Positions 39,996 through 53,076 of a DNA stretch of 64,000 nucleotides are shown piece by piece. Under the pieces are notes generated by a model. That model had not been told where the DNA came from and did no database searches. It saw only the letters and a list, made by a program, of their open reading frames with translations. Numbering within the stretch: position 1 is the first letter of the stretch; the number at the start of each line of letters is the position of its first letter. A program made the translations under genes and the position numbers. The DNA comes from Heterodontus francisci (lineage: Eukaryota). The stretch covers positions 43,519,075 to 43,583,074 of the forward strand of contig NC_090376.1 in NCBI RefSeq assembly GCF_036365525.1, read 5' to 3'.

Positions 39996-40355
39996 GGGCG
40001 GCACAGTGGCGCAGTGGTTAGCACCGCAGCCTCACAGCTCCAGCCATCTGGGTTCAATTCTGGGTACTGCCTGTGTGGAGTTTGCAAGTTCTCCCTGTGT
40101 CTGCGTGGGTTTTCTCCGGGTGCTCCGGTTTCCTCCCACAAGCCAAAAGATTTGCAGGTTGGTAGGTAAATTGGCCATTATAAATTGCCCCTAGTATAGG
40201 TAGGTGGTAGGGAAATATAGGGACAGGTGGGGATGTGGTAGGAATATGGGATTAGTGTAGGATTAGTATAAATGGGTGGTTGATGGTCGGCACAGACTCG
40301 GTGGGCCGAAGGGCCTGTTTCTGTGCTGTATCTCTAAACTAAACTAAACTAAAAA
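39996..40355 (+). mobile_element. HE1-like V-SINE, full length
   Basis: GGGCGGCACAGTGGCGCAGTGGTTAGC head; (CTAAA)n tail. Confidence 0.92.
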
Positions 40356-41414
40356 TATACAGATTAATTGTCCCCATGTCCGTGGCTGAGTCAATAATTT
40401 TGTCAAATGTCCATGGTGCAACATGTTGGTGCCTATCCCTGGTTATAATTGAGGTGACAGTTGATGCGAATTGTTAAACTGTTTTAGTTATCGTAAGATA
40501 AACATTCAGAACAATAGTTATAACAAGTTTCACTTATTTCTAACAGAACAACTAAAATAATGAGCATACTGTGCTACCCCACTTCAATTGGTCATCCTGT
40601 TTAACTTAAAGCTAATTTCCTAACTCTCCTCTTCTGTCTTCCATTCTTCTTCCAGACCTTTGCTATCTGATAGTTTCAAAAAGACAATCTTTATGTAAAG
40701 GTTAATAGTAATTTTAATTTACTTTAAAAATCACCTCAGCATTCTAAATGAGGCCTAATCAAAGCCCAAGGCAAAGACAGTAAAGTATTTTGATTTGTAT
40801 TTAATTATCCTCATAATTCATCCTAATACTCGATTTTCTTTAGCTATAGCTTTGCAGCACTGTTCATGCATCTTCAGAGCATTGAGCATGCAATCCTGCA
40901 CTGTGTACAAAGTTTACAATAGGCTCTACCCAAATGAAAAACACTACATTTATCTATATTAAATGACATCTGCCAGACAAATGACAATCTACCACTACAT
41001 TTAGATCTGCCTGTAATGTATTTTTCTCATATAAACTCCTAACACTTGCACAAATTTTTGTATCATCTGCAAACATGCAGACTGATCTCCTGGTAACTTC
41101 ATCCGGATCATATATGAAGATGGTAAAACAGACCTATTACCAATCCCTGGACTAGTGACTGGTCCTTAGACAGAACCACTACAATTCATAACAACCAATT
41201 TCTTATCCAAATCCAAATCTTCTCACTAATTCCACAAGACACTATCCTTTCCTAATATTGTGTGACACCTTGTCAAAGACTTTTTGAAAATCAAGGTACA
41301 CAATGTCAACTCAGCTACCTATGTTCATCAACCTAGTAAATTACTTAAGATTTAAATATTACTATCACAGTCCATGAGATAATGGCTTGCATTTGTTCTG
41401 GGCAACTGTCGATT

Positions 41415-42352
41415 TTTTTATTGGTTCAGGGGATGCGAGCGTTGCTGGCTAGGCCAGCATTTGTTGCCCATCTCTAATTGCCCTTGAGAAGGTGGTGGTG
41501 ATCTGCCTTCTTGAACCGCTGCAGTCCATTTGGTGTAGGTACACCCACAGTGCTGTTAGGAAAGGAGTTCCAGGATTTTGACCCAGCGACAGTGAAGGAA
41601 CAGCGATCTAGTTCCAAGTCAGGATGGTGTGTGGCTTGGAGGGGAACTTGGTGGTGTTCGCATGCATTTGCTGCCCTTGTCCTTCTAGTTGGTAGAGATC
41701 GCGGGTTTGGAAGGTGCTGTCGAAGGAGCCTTGGTGCATTGCTGCAGTGCATCTTGTAGATGGTATACACTACTGCCACTGTGCGTCAGTGGTGGAGGGA
41801 GTGAATGTTGAAGGTGGTAGATGGGGTGCCAGTCAAGCGGGTTGCTTTGTCCTGGATGGTATCGAGCTTCTTGAGTGTTGTAGGAGCTGCACCTATCCAG
41901 GCAAGTGGAGAATATCCCATCACATTCCTGACTTGTGCCTTATAGATGGTGGACAGGCTTTGGGGAGTCAGGAGGTGAGTTACCTGCTGTAGGATTCGTA
42001 ACCTCTGACCTGCTCTTGTAGCCACAGTATTTATATGGCTACATCCAGTTCAGTTTCCGGTCAGTGGTAACCCCCAGGATATTGAGACAGGGGGATTCAG
42101 CGATGGTAATGCCATTGAATGTCAAGGGGAGATGGTTAGAACCTCTCGTTGGAAATGTCATTGTCTGGCACTTGTGAGGCATGAATGTTACTTGCCACGT
42201 ATCAGCCCAAGCCTGGATATTGTCCTGGTCTTGCTGCATTTCTACACGGACTGCTTCAGTATCTGAGGGTTCGCGAATGGTGCTGAACATTGTGCAATCA
42301 GCGAACATCCCCACTTCTGACCTTATGATTGAAGGACGGTCGTTGATGAAGT
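41415..42352 (-). mobile_element. CR1-group LINE (second family), 3' RT fragment
   Basis: SEVGMFADCT, QQDQDNIQAWADTW, IYKAQVRNVMGYSPL. Confidence 0.87.
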
Positions 42353-42379
42353 AATATCTGCTTTTAATATACAAAAAAG

Positions 42380-42850
42380 AAAGACTTGTGTTTATATAGC
42401 ACCTTTCATGACCACCAGACATCTCAAAGCATTTTACAGCCAATGACGTACTTCTGAAGTGTAGTCACTGTTGTAATGTAGGAAATGCTGCAGCTAATTT
42501 GCAGACAGCAAACTCTCAAAAACAGCAATGTGATATTAACCAGATAATCTGTTGTTGTGATGTTGATTGAGGGATAAACATTGGCCAGCGCACCAGGGAT
42601 AACCCCACTGCTCTTATTTGAAATAGTGCCATGGAATCTTTTATAGCTACCTAAGAGGTCCGGTAGAAGCCTAAGTTTAACATCTCATCTGAAAGACAGC
42701 ATCTTGAACAGTGCGGCACTCCCCCAGTACTGCTGGTATTGCAGGGAATTTCAGCATTCACTTTTATACTCAACTCCTGGAGTGAGACATGAACCTAGAA
42801 CTTTCTGACTCAAGGGTGAGAGTGCTACCAGCTGGGTCACAGCTGACACA
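42380..42850 (-). mobile_element. Deu-domain SINE, near full length
   Basis: Reverse complement of 57911-58345. Confidence 0.75.
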
Positions 42851-43121
42851 ATACATTCAGCAAATGCCAGCAGCTTAGAACTATGGCAATCCATTTTGTT
42901 TTTAAAACCCAACACGTAAAATTAACTTTTTCCGAAAACCTTTCTGTAAGAAAAATGATCAAAAGATCCTGAAATGTCACATGTCAGAGGAAGCTATGAT
43001 CAAACCGTACAGTTTTCTAGTCAGACCACACTTGAGTATTGGGTCCAGTCTTGGTTGCCAAGAAACAGAGACATTCAGTCACTGAAGGCAGTACAGAGAA
43101 GGGCCAAAAGACTGATCCCTA

Positions 43122-43853
43122 GGGCTGAATTTTCCGAGGCCTTTGGGGATGGAATGGGAGGGCTGCCAACATGGCAAGGGAAGGCATTGGGAGGGGAGTC
43201 CAATGTCTTCCCACCGCTGGCAATATGGCATGGCGTTGGGAATGTTGGTGGCTCAGATGCCGATTCAGATGCCAATTGAGCAACTTAAGTGGCCAATTAA
43301 GGGTCACCTTCCACCTCTGCAGGCATTTTTTCTGCGTTGGAAGGGCCCACCACCATGTGGGGAGACTGCCCAGCGAAACTAGGCAGTCTCCCAATGGGTT
43401 CCAGGGTGGGGGTTGGGGGGAACTCCATGCCCACAGAAGGGCCCTTTGATGGCAATGGCCGCTCTGGCAGCAACAGCATCGCCGGCGCTCAGCAACCCTC
43501 TCTCCCCCCACCCCAATCCCACCTCCCCCATTGCCGGGGCCTGACTGCCTGGCTCCGGCGTCACCCAATCCAACTTACCTGTGCCCCGCCATTAAAGCGC
43601 CCTTTTCCTGGAGCTACACCTCAGCATTAGAACCGCTAACAGTAGCGCTGCTGAGCTGCCAACGCTCTGATTGGGCCAGCAGCTCTTGGGGGCAAGCCAC
43701 CATCCTTAATTGGACGGCTGCTCTGGCGGCCGCCTCTTAATTAGCCGCCGGTGGCAATATGCCACCCAGGGTCCCGCTGCCAGCTGAAGCGGGGTCACCT
43801 CCTGCTTTTGGCCCCAGTGGTAGGTCTTGCCCATTAAGGGCAAAATTCAGCCC
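43122..43853. mobile_element. Harbinger-type MITE inserted in an old CR1 fragment (~42960-44210)
   Basis: CTA|GGGCTGAATTTT ... AAAATTCAGCCC|CTA. Confidence 0.88.
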
Positions 43854-44293
43854 CTAGTGTCAGGGTCTGATTTATGAGTAAAGGACTGGAGAGGTTTGGG
43901 CTTTTCAGTTTAGAAAACAGGCATCTGAGAGGTAATCTTTTAGAGATATATAAAGTAGTAAATCAGTTAAGCTGAAATACTACTATAAATTAAACTGGAA
44001 GCAGGACAAGGAGACACAGGTTCAAAATGTAAATGATAGTTTTAGGACTGATATCAAGAAGTTCTTCACACAAAGTGATCAACACTTGGAATGGACTTCC
44101 AGGCAGAGCGATGGAGGCAAAACCCTACAACCATTTAGAAACAATTAGATGAGCAAAGAGGAGAGTGTAAGGTCATTCAAGATGGGTTGAATGTCCTTCT
44201 TCATTTGTATCTTTTGATGATAGTGAAGCAAATATACTGTTCTAAATAAATAAGTAATTCATTCCATGTGCTGTATACAAGCCCAAAGTACAC

Positions 44294-44886
44294 TGTCATG
44301 CTCGGTCCCCACCTGCCAAGAATGAGGCACATCAGTTTTGTCATGAACATTGATTTTTAACTGTTTTTGGAGTGAGGAAATGACTTGTTAAACAAGTTAA
44401 ACAAACCGTGGCTGGAAAAAATTATTCACATGCTAACAGACATCGAAAGTGAGGAAGCGCATTCCGGGCCTACAATCCACAAGGGCCAGGACTGGTTAGA
44501 CCAGCTACTCACATAACTACCTGGCTGTTCCAGGGTTTTTTTTTGAACTGGCCACAGAGAGTTTGAAGGCAGAGTGTCTGTTTGCTCCTGGACTGAGAAG
44601 ATCTCTCCTGTCTGCTCCCATCTCTTTCTCACAAGCCTCTGAATCCACTGAAGACACAAGAACCCCAAGAGAGAAAAGTCTCCTACAGCGAACAAGGCTT
44701 AAGAACAATACGGGGTCCCAATGAAAAACAAGATCTACCTACAATCAAGGACTTTACAGTGAGCTTGAAGACCCGAAACAAAAACTCTTCAGATATTGCC
44801 TCAAATTTTTCACTTTATTTTTCTTCTGCTCTTTTCTGTCTGTATTTGCATGTGTGTATTGCGTATGCATGCTAGAGTGGGGTGCG
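44294..44886 (+). mobile_element. LTR 5' portion, same family as 46364 and 48391
   Basis: TGTCATG..CCCCACCTGCCAAGAATGAGGC start; ends abruptly at a MITE fragment. Confidence 0.8.
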
Positions 44887-45309
44887 GCTTTTCCCAGGTG
44901 GCTTTGCCTGGCTCCAGGACGTCCGCTTGGCACGCGTAAAATCCGCGTGGAGGCAGGAGAAGGCTCTTAAGTGGCCATTAAGTGGCCAGTTAAGGGTCTT
45001 GATTGGCCTGGGGTAGGTGGGCTGTTTTTCACTCCCCACTGCCCCCCCCTCCCGGCCCTACGTAAAGGGAGGCAGAGATGGGAGCGGTTTGGGAAAGCCT
45101 CCCGGAGCCTCCCCGCTCCATTTTACACCACCCCCCGGCTACCAACCAGCTCATTGGGGTGGCGTAAAATTCCAGCCTATGTGTGTGTTGTTACGACCAG
45201 GTGAGAAAGGTGTCTAGGGGTCCCTCTCAGCCTTCACCTGGTCTCACTTAACAGGATTTAATTTTAAACACACCGTGTTTTTAGCTCCCCCTTGGTGAAT
45301 CCTTGTTCC

Positions 45310-45968
45310 CCCCTCGTCAATCAAGAATCTATCTAATTCAGCCTTAAAAAATATTCAGTGACCCTGCCTCCACTGCTCTCCGGGGAAGAGAATTCCACAG
45401 ATCAACAACCTTCTGAAAGAAAAATTTTCTCCTCATCTCCATGTTAAATGGGAGACCCCTTATTTTTAAACAGTGTCCCCTAGTTCTAGTCTCTCCCATA
45501 AGGGGAAACATCCAGTCAGCATCCACCCTCTCAAGTCCCCTTAGGGATCTTATATGTTTCAATAAGATCACCTCTCATTCTTCTAAACTCCAATGGATAC
45601 AGGCCCAACCTGTCCAACCTTTCCTCATAAGATAACCCCTTCATCCCAGGAATCAGTCGAGTGAACCTTCTATGAACTTCTTAGAATCATAGAATCATGC
45701 AATTATATCCTTTCTTAAGTAAGGAGACCAAAACTGTACACAGAACTCCAGATGTGGTCTCACCAATGCCCTATACAACTGTAGTAAAACTTCCTTACTT
45801 TTATGTTCTATTCCCCTCTGAATAAACAATAACATTCCATTTGCCTTCCTAATCACTTGCTGTACCTGCATACTAACTTTTTTGTGATTCATGTATCAGA
45901 AAACCCAGATTGTACCACAGAACTCTGTACCAAAGAGTTCTGCAATCTCTCTCCATTTAAATAATATA
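45310..45968 (-). mobile_element. CR1 3' fragment
   Basis: LYRALVRPHLEFCVQFWSP, LWNSLP. Confidence 0.88.
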
Positions 45969-46363
45969 ATATACAACACGGGTGACCATAGAGCAGGTCA
46001 TTGTTCTGCTGAAGCTGAGGTTCAGGTGCCTGGATTGTTCCGGTGGAGCCCTTCAGTACGGCCTAGCAAGGGTCTCACATATTGTGGTGGTCGACTGTGC
46101 ACTGCACAACGTGGCACTACAGAAGGAACGGCAATGAACAATGGGGAATGTGAAGAGCGTGCTGCCTCCTCGGATGATGAGGATGCGGAAGAGGACTAAT
46201 CCCTGGGATGGCGGGATTGTCTTATAAGGAGAGATTGAAGAAACTGGGCCTGTATCCTCTAGAGTTTCAAAGAATGAGAGGTGATCTCATTGAAACTTAC
46301 AAAATTCTTACAGGTGTGCAGGGTGGATGTGGAGAGGATGGTTCCCCTGGCTGGTGAGTCTAA

Positions 46364-47282
46364 TGTCATGCAGGCCCCCACCTGCCAAGAATGAGGCATG
46401 CATTATTTTGCCACATAAACATTAAAACTTAAAATTGCTGCTGGGAAGAAAAGAAGGCCTATTACAAGTGGTTGCCAAGCCCCTGACTGGAAATACATTT
46501 GCATAGTAACAAACAGTACTTGGAACAGACAAAGGGGCCACTTCATGCTCCAATTTAATCTACAATGGACTTTTGATTACCAGATGTTGAAGGTGGAGAG
46601 GCTAGCATTTCAGGTTAATTGCTAAAATGGCCGAATATACAAACATACGTGGTCAGACCAGTTTAGTCACATGACTAACTGACTGTTGGAGTATTTTGAA
46701 TTTGAACTTACCACAGAGAATTTGAACTCAGAAAGCTGTTTGCTCCTGGACTGAGAACACCTCTCTCCTGTATGCTCCCATCTCTTTCTCACGGAACTGA
46801 AGACCCATTGAAGACACGTGAACCGCAGGAAAGAAAAGTCTCCTACAGTGAGCAAGATTTAAGAAGAATACTGGGCCCCAACGAAAAGCAAGACTACCTA
46901 CAAAAGGATGACAGTGAGCTCAGAGCACGGTAACAAGAAACTCTTCTGATATTGCCTCAAACCTCTTTTTTTTCTTCTGCTTTTTTCTGTCTCTATTTGC
47001 ATGTGCGTATCGCGTATGCATGCTAGAATGAGGTGCGGTGTGTATCCGTAGGCGTTAACCGAATTAGAGTTTAAGTTTAAGTTTTAATAAATTTCACTTT
47101 ACTTCTTTAAACCTAAGAGAACCTGATTGTGCTCATTTATTTGCCTTATAATTGGAAAGCAGTGAACAAGGATTCTCCAAGGGGGAGTTCAAAACACAGT
47201 GTGTTTAAAATTAAATCCTGTTACAATAAGACCAGGTGAAGGCTGAAAAAACTCTAGACACCTTTCTCACCTGGTCATAACA
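46364..47282 (+). mobile_element. Solo LTR (~919 bp) inside a CR1 3' fragment (46199-47570)
   Basis: TGTCATG ... CATAACA termini; 3' end similar to the Gypsy LTR at 32578. Confidence 0.85.
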
Positions 47283-48390
47283 ACTTAGTTTCAGAATAAG
47301 GAGTAGGCCATTTAAAACTGAGCTGAGGAGGAATTTCTTCACTCAGAGGGTGGTGAATCTTTGGAATTCTCTACCTCTGAGAGCTGTGGAAGCTCAATCA
47401 TTAAGCATGTTCAAGACAGAAATCAATAGATATCTGGATATTAATGACATCAAGGGATATGGCGATAGCATGGGAAAGTGGCGTTGAGGTAGATGATCAG
47501 TCATGATCTAATTGAATGGCGGAGCAGGCTCGATGGGCTGAATGGGCTACTCCTGCTCTAATGTTCCTATGAAATTGGCCAAGCATCGCCAGATGAGGGA
47601 TCCCAGGGACAACAGGACAAGGGAGGCTTGCAATGCCCTTATGAATTCATGTTTCCTTTGATCTTTACTGCCAGTTGTGCATTGACCAATAAAGACTTAC
47701 CTTTATGCAGTCCTGTTGTCACCTTCTTTCCTCCGGGGAACAATTACTCATTGATCAGTTGTGCAGTACTCAGCTGGCAAGGCTCCAGACTGGACCCCTC
47801 ACAGCGTGATCCATCACCTCACGCCTCTTCACAGAGGCAGGGCTGAAATGAATCACCAAAGGCCATACAGAATAGGAAGGAGATATTGTTTGTTGGAAAA
47901 AATTCGTTATTGACTGTGACAGCAAACATTACCCTTTCCATCTAAATACACATTCATTCGTGAATACCCCGTGCTTCTAGGTGCTCTTCTTTATTCTTTT
48001 GCCTGCACTACTACGAGGTACTTCCCCTATGCTGTCAGGTGAAGTGGAGGCTGGCTGCTTACCTTGCTGCCCCTTGGCTAGGGATGACCTTGGCGGTCGT
48101 CCTCTGGATGCCTTAGATCTGGTGGGCCTCGGCTTGTTGAGGTTCCTCCTGCACAGAAGCAGAGGCACCCTCTGTCATCAGGGATGAGGCCGTGGCGTCA
48201 CTGGCAGAGGGGCAGAGGAACTGCTGGCCACACCAGGACCATCCTGACAGGAGCACCCAGCAGCATGGGGCAGCCACCCCTCCTCCCTTACAAGCCATAC
48301 TTGTGCCTCCCATCTGACCTGGGAGGGTAGAGGACCTGGTGGTGACTCCAGGTTCCCTGTGTCCTTCTCACCTTGCCACTGCTGCCTTGA

Positions 48391-49682
48391 GCTCATGGTT
48401 ACCCCACCTGCCAAGAATGAGACAGTGGCGCAGTGGTTAGCACCGCAGCCTCACAGCTCCAGAGACCCGGGTTCAATTCTGGGTTCTGCCTGTGCGGAGT
48501 TTGCAGGTTCTCCCTGTGTCTGTGTGGGTTTTCGCCAGGTGCTCCGGTTTCTTCCCACCACCAAAGATTTGCAGGTTGATAGGTAAATTGGCCATTGTAA
48601 ATTGCCCCTAGTATAAGTAGGTAGTAGGGGAATATAGGGACAGATGGGGATATGGTAGGAATGTAGGATTAGTATAAATGGGTGGTTGATGGTCGGCACA
48701 GACTCGGTGGGCCGAAGGGCCTGTTTCAGTGCTGTATCTCTAAATAAATAAAATTTCGCCACATGAACATTGATTTTTAAACTATTACTGGAGTAAAGAA
48801 AGAACTTGTTTCAAAAAAACCTCACCAGACCCTTGACTGGAAAGTCATTTGCATAGTAACAGACAGTACTTGGAAAGAACAAATGGGCCACTTCCTGCTC
48901 CAATTTAATCCACAATGGACTTTTGATTACCAGATGTTGAAGGTGGAGAGGCTAGCATTCCAGTTTAACTACTAAGATGGCCAAATACACAAACAGACAT
49001 GATCAGACCAGTTTAGTCACATGACTAACTGGCTGTTGGAGGTTTTTTGAATTTGAACTTGCCATAGAGAATTTGAAATCAGAAAGCTGTTTGCTCCTGG
49101 ACTGGAAAAGACCTCTCGTGGCTGGCTTGTGACCGCCTCTCTGCTGTCTGCTCATCTCTTCCTCACTAGCTTTGGAATCTGTTCAAGACACAGGAACCCC
49201 AAGAGAGAAAAGTCTCCTACAGTGAACAAGGTTTAAGAAGAATACTGGGCCCCAACAAAATGCAAGAATTACCTACAAGCAAGAACTACCTACAAAAGGA
49301 CTACAGTGAGCTCGAAGCTCAGTAATAAGAAACTCTCCTGATATTGCCTCAAACCTCTCTATTTTATTTTTTCTTCTGCTCTTTTCTGTCTCTATTTACA
49401 TGTGTGTATTGCATATGCATGCTAGCATGGGGCACGGCGTGTATCCATAGGCGTTAACCGAATTAGAGTTTAAGTTTAAGTTTTGATAAATTTCACTTTT
49501 CTTCTTTAATCCCAAGAAGGCCTGTTTGTGCTCATTTCTTTGCCTTATAATTGGAAAGCGGCGAACAAGGATTCACCAAAGGCGAAGTTCAAAACACAGT
49601 GTGTTTAAATTTAAACCCTTACAATAAGACCAAGAGAATGTTGAACAAGACCCGTAGACACCTTTCTCACCTGGTCGTAACA
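48391..49682 (+). mobile_element. Solo LTR interrupted by an HE1-like SINE (48421-48753)
   Basis: Colinear with 46364-47282; ends CTGGTCGTAACA. Confidence 0.85.
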
Positions 49683-51331
49683 CAAGGGTATGTAGGTCTG
49701 CACAAATATCCTGCAGACACTAAATGCTCTGCTGCATGTGGCTGTCCATCAGAGCCGCAAATCTATCAATGGAGGACGCCAGTCATGCACCAGTCAGAGA
49801 CATAGCATCACTCAAGGCCTGGATGGGCTCCTCTATCATCCACACTTGGGCAAACATTGCCTCAAACATCGCTGCCAGATATTTCCTGACCTCTCGCTGC
49901 AGCTACAGCATTTCCCATTATGCTGTCGACACCAGAGACATGTCATGAGCCTGGGGCTCAGCATGGGCCTCGCCTCCCACAGTCCTCTGACTGTCAGGCC
50001 TAGACTGTCGCAGCCTCCATCAGCTGCTTGGGTGCGTGTATGATGTGGTCACCAAATCTAACAGTGAGCGCATACCCACCAACGTGCGGGTATCTGTGCT
50101 GGTTGAGGGTGCAGGGGTATGAGGTTTGCTGATGGACCCCCTGATGCTCAATCGTCCCCCTCAGAGATGACAGGCTCTCTCACAGTCCCGGAAACTCTGT
50201 GGGTAGGTTCTGCGTGACCTGCAAGAGAGAACAGAGACATTGAAGGGTTGCGGGCCTACCATCCTGACATTGCACACACCCTTACGATGGAGATCCCTAA
50301 AGGCACTGGGAGCCTGATGAGCAGCATGGCTCCATCGCTGCAGATGCCTTGTGCCCCATGACAACCTTACTCGCTGTCTTAGGAAGGTGCCCTAGTCTCT
50401 CTGTCCACAACATTTCTTCGATCCTGCGGTTCAGCCAGCTCCATGGCCTCCTCCTCCATCGAGCTCAGGACATGGAGAATCGGCAGCCCACCATCAGTTT
50501 TGGCCTACTCTCTGTGATTTTTTTGCAGTCTTCTCCTGCAGACAGAAGGATGAATGTTGTTGGTGTCCCAGCAAGAATAATCCCAAGACGTGTGCTGGTG
50601 CTTGTCCATAAGTGACAGATGGGGGCGCACAGATGCCTCCTGCATCCAGCCCCTTTCCAGGGACGGTCTCCAATGACAAACGGCCTCCTTTCAGAGCCAT
50701 TTTTCCATGCCTCAGGCAGTTTGTCTGCCTCCCTTGACCCTTTGCCCATGTCTGGTGGGCACCCACTCCCCACCCAACGCACTCTCCTCCTCTAACAGAT
50801 GCAAGACCCAACAACTGAAGGCTTTAAAAGATACTGACCTTTGCTGTCCAGATGAGGTTATTGAGCCACTTACAGCAGTGTATCTGTGTGTTTGGGTGAC
50901 CCCACGGCTGCTGACCTCCTCCACAACCTGCAGCCAGGCTTGCTTGGTCAGGCTCCCAGCTCTCCTCCTCTCAGCCCTAGGGAAGAGAATCTGCCACCTT
51001 TCCCTGGCAGCTTGTAAGTGCACCTGGAGAGAGGCATCACTAAAGCACGGGGCCACCCGGGTTCTACTGTCCACCATAACTCTGCAGCCTTTCAGAACTC
51101 TAGAAATCCTATCACTGCAGACAGCAAGATTGAATGCAGGTCTAGCAGCCCTTTAAAAATGGCCTTTCTGTCTCTGCTCCTGCCACCATCCACATAATTG
51201 GCCAGCGCCCACACCTCATTCGCCTTAAGCCCCTACATCCCATTCCCCGCTGGATCGTCTACAGCTGGCCGCTTATGGCCCTGACATAAGCCTCACTCAC
51301 TTCTGATCCCAATGGTGGGACCGGCGGCTTC

Positions 51332-51665
51332 ATCACAAAATACGGCTCATAGGTAACGGGAGTAGGACATTTAGCCTCTTGAGCCTGTTGCTCAAGTCAG
51401 TGAAATCATGGCTGATGCCTTGATGAGACCCAACTCGATGCCTTTGCCACATTTGCCCCATATGACTTAATACCTTTGGATAACAAAAATCTCTCAATCT
51501 CGGATTTAAAATTGACAAATGGTCTAGCATCAATTGCCGTTTGCGGAAGAGAGTTCTAAACTTGTACCACCCTTTGTGTGTAGAAGTGTTTGCAAATATC
51601 ACTCCTGAAAGATCTGGCCCTAATTCTTAGCCCCCAGTCCCAAACTCCTAAACCAGCGGAACCAT
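51332..51665 (-). mobile_element. CR1 3' tail fragment
   Basis: Similar to 21090-21400. Confidence 0.7.
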
Positions 51666-51940
51666 TTTACACATGAATATTGGTTTACTTATTCTTTGCC
51701 TTACTGTAATTTACTGTAATTTTTTTCAGTGTTCATTTAATATGGGGCATTGGTCAAAAGGACAAGAAAACCCAATGAATACTACTTTCAACTCCAGAAT
51801 GATACCAATGTACCATTTAAAACTGAGTCTGTATTTAACAATGAGTTAATCATATTTCAAAATGTTAATAGTATTTTCTAGTTTATACAGCTGATAACAA
51901 AGTTAAATAGCAATCCTGTATGAACTTGCTGTTTTTCCAG

Positions 51941-52035
51941 GATTATCAGACTGATAGTGGAATGGTTTTAACGTCAGAAGAACTGGATCGTCCAATGTGG
52001 ATGGATGGCAAACCAAGACATTCACAGTCTTTTGG
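51941..52035 (+). CDS. FLT1: VEGFR1-like penultimate exon
   Basis: tccag|GAT..GG|gtaaa, 95 nt; DYQTDSGMVLTSEELDRPMWMDGKPRHSQSF(G). Confidence 0.85.
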
Positions 52036-53076
52036 GTAAAGCAGCACAATATAAAATACGTAATATATTTGTTAAAAGGAGTAATTATAACAGGAAACTG
52101 GAACCAGGAAAAAAAAGAGACATGGTTCAGAAAATGAAATGGACCAGAGCAGGGAATACATGCAGTTTGGCACTCTGTGTTTGTCTGCACTAAATTTGCA
52201 GGAAAGTGATTAAGTAGGAAGTCCTTTTTGTATTGAAATGCTTTTTAAAAGTATGACTAAATTTGTGCAGCATAAACATCATTTCAAATTGTGATGGCCA
52301 AGCAAACTTGCTGTAGCAGCTTAATTCCTGAGTAAACCTTTGCTATTTACGACTATTCCATTAATTATCTGGTGTCTTTGTCATTCATTTTAACATAATT
52401 AGGTTGCAAAATTTAGAATAAAAATACTGGCAGGTTTTTTTACGTGAAATCCTTCCTGCTCTTTCCTGTTTCCTAAAGCATTTTTCTGAACTTTATTTGC
52501 AAAACAGAAATAGATCCAGCTTGTAGAGTTTTTTTTAACAGCTGTAACTGCTATAGATTGACATAAATGGACTTTTAATAACAAAATATATGTGCAGAGA
52601 CTGAACTGAAAAGAGTAAAGTCGTCAAATATGGTGAGGAAAGATCAATGTTAAGTAACAATAATTTTTTCAAAAGAAAAGAGAAAGGGAGGTTGGAAGAA
52701 ATGGTATAAAATGATTCATAAGTGATTCACAACAGAAGTAAAAGTAATACAGTGAGTACAGTCAAAGGACGTAATGTTCTTGCCTGTATTTGGCGAAAGC
52801 ATACATTTTGGTGCATAATCCTATATGTTGGTCCCTGGTGTAATAAAAAATTGGCTTTGTACACATCGCACACCATTAGTAAAGCAACTTAAACATTTTT
52901 ACTTTCATGTTTTGGCTAGCGTTGTACCATGAATAGGAACTAAACATGAAATAGAGGATATCCTAACAGGTTGTTCTGCCAATTGATTTTTTTTCTCTAA
53001 ACTAATTTATGCAAAGAAACAAAGCACAGCACATAACAGGAGAATGAGAAATGAAGGTAAACTCTAATGATAAGGT

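Larger units (their letters stand above)
45976..51330. mobile_element. Decayed autonomous PIF/Harbinger transposon (convergent transposase and Myb/SANT genes) interrupted by CR1, two LTRs and a SINE
   Basis: Plus strand from 45976: TRVTIEQVIVLLKLRFRCLDCSGGALQYGLARVSHIVVVDCALHN (HARBI1-like C-terminus); minus 50712-51077: RVAPCFSDASL..LTKQAWLQVVEEVS (Myb/SANT-like). Confidence 0.85.

Noticed and set aside
43119-43740. Dense overlapping GC-rich ORFs
   Set aside because: Lie inside a non-coding MITE; no recognisable protein motif
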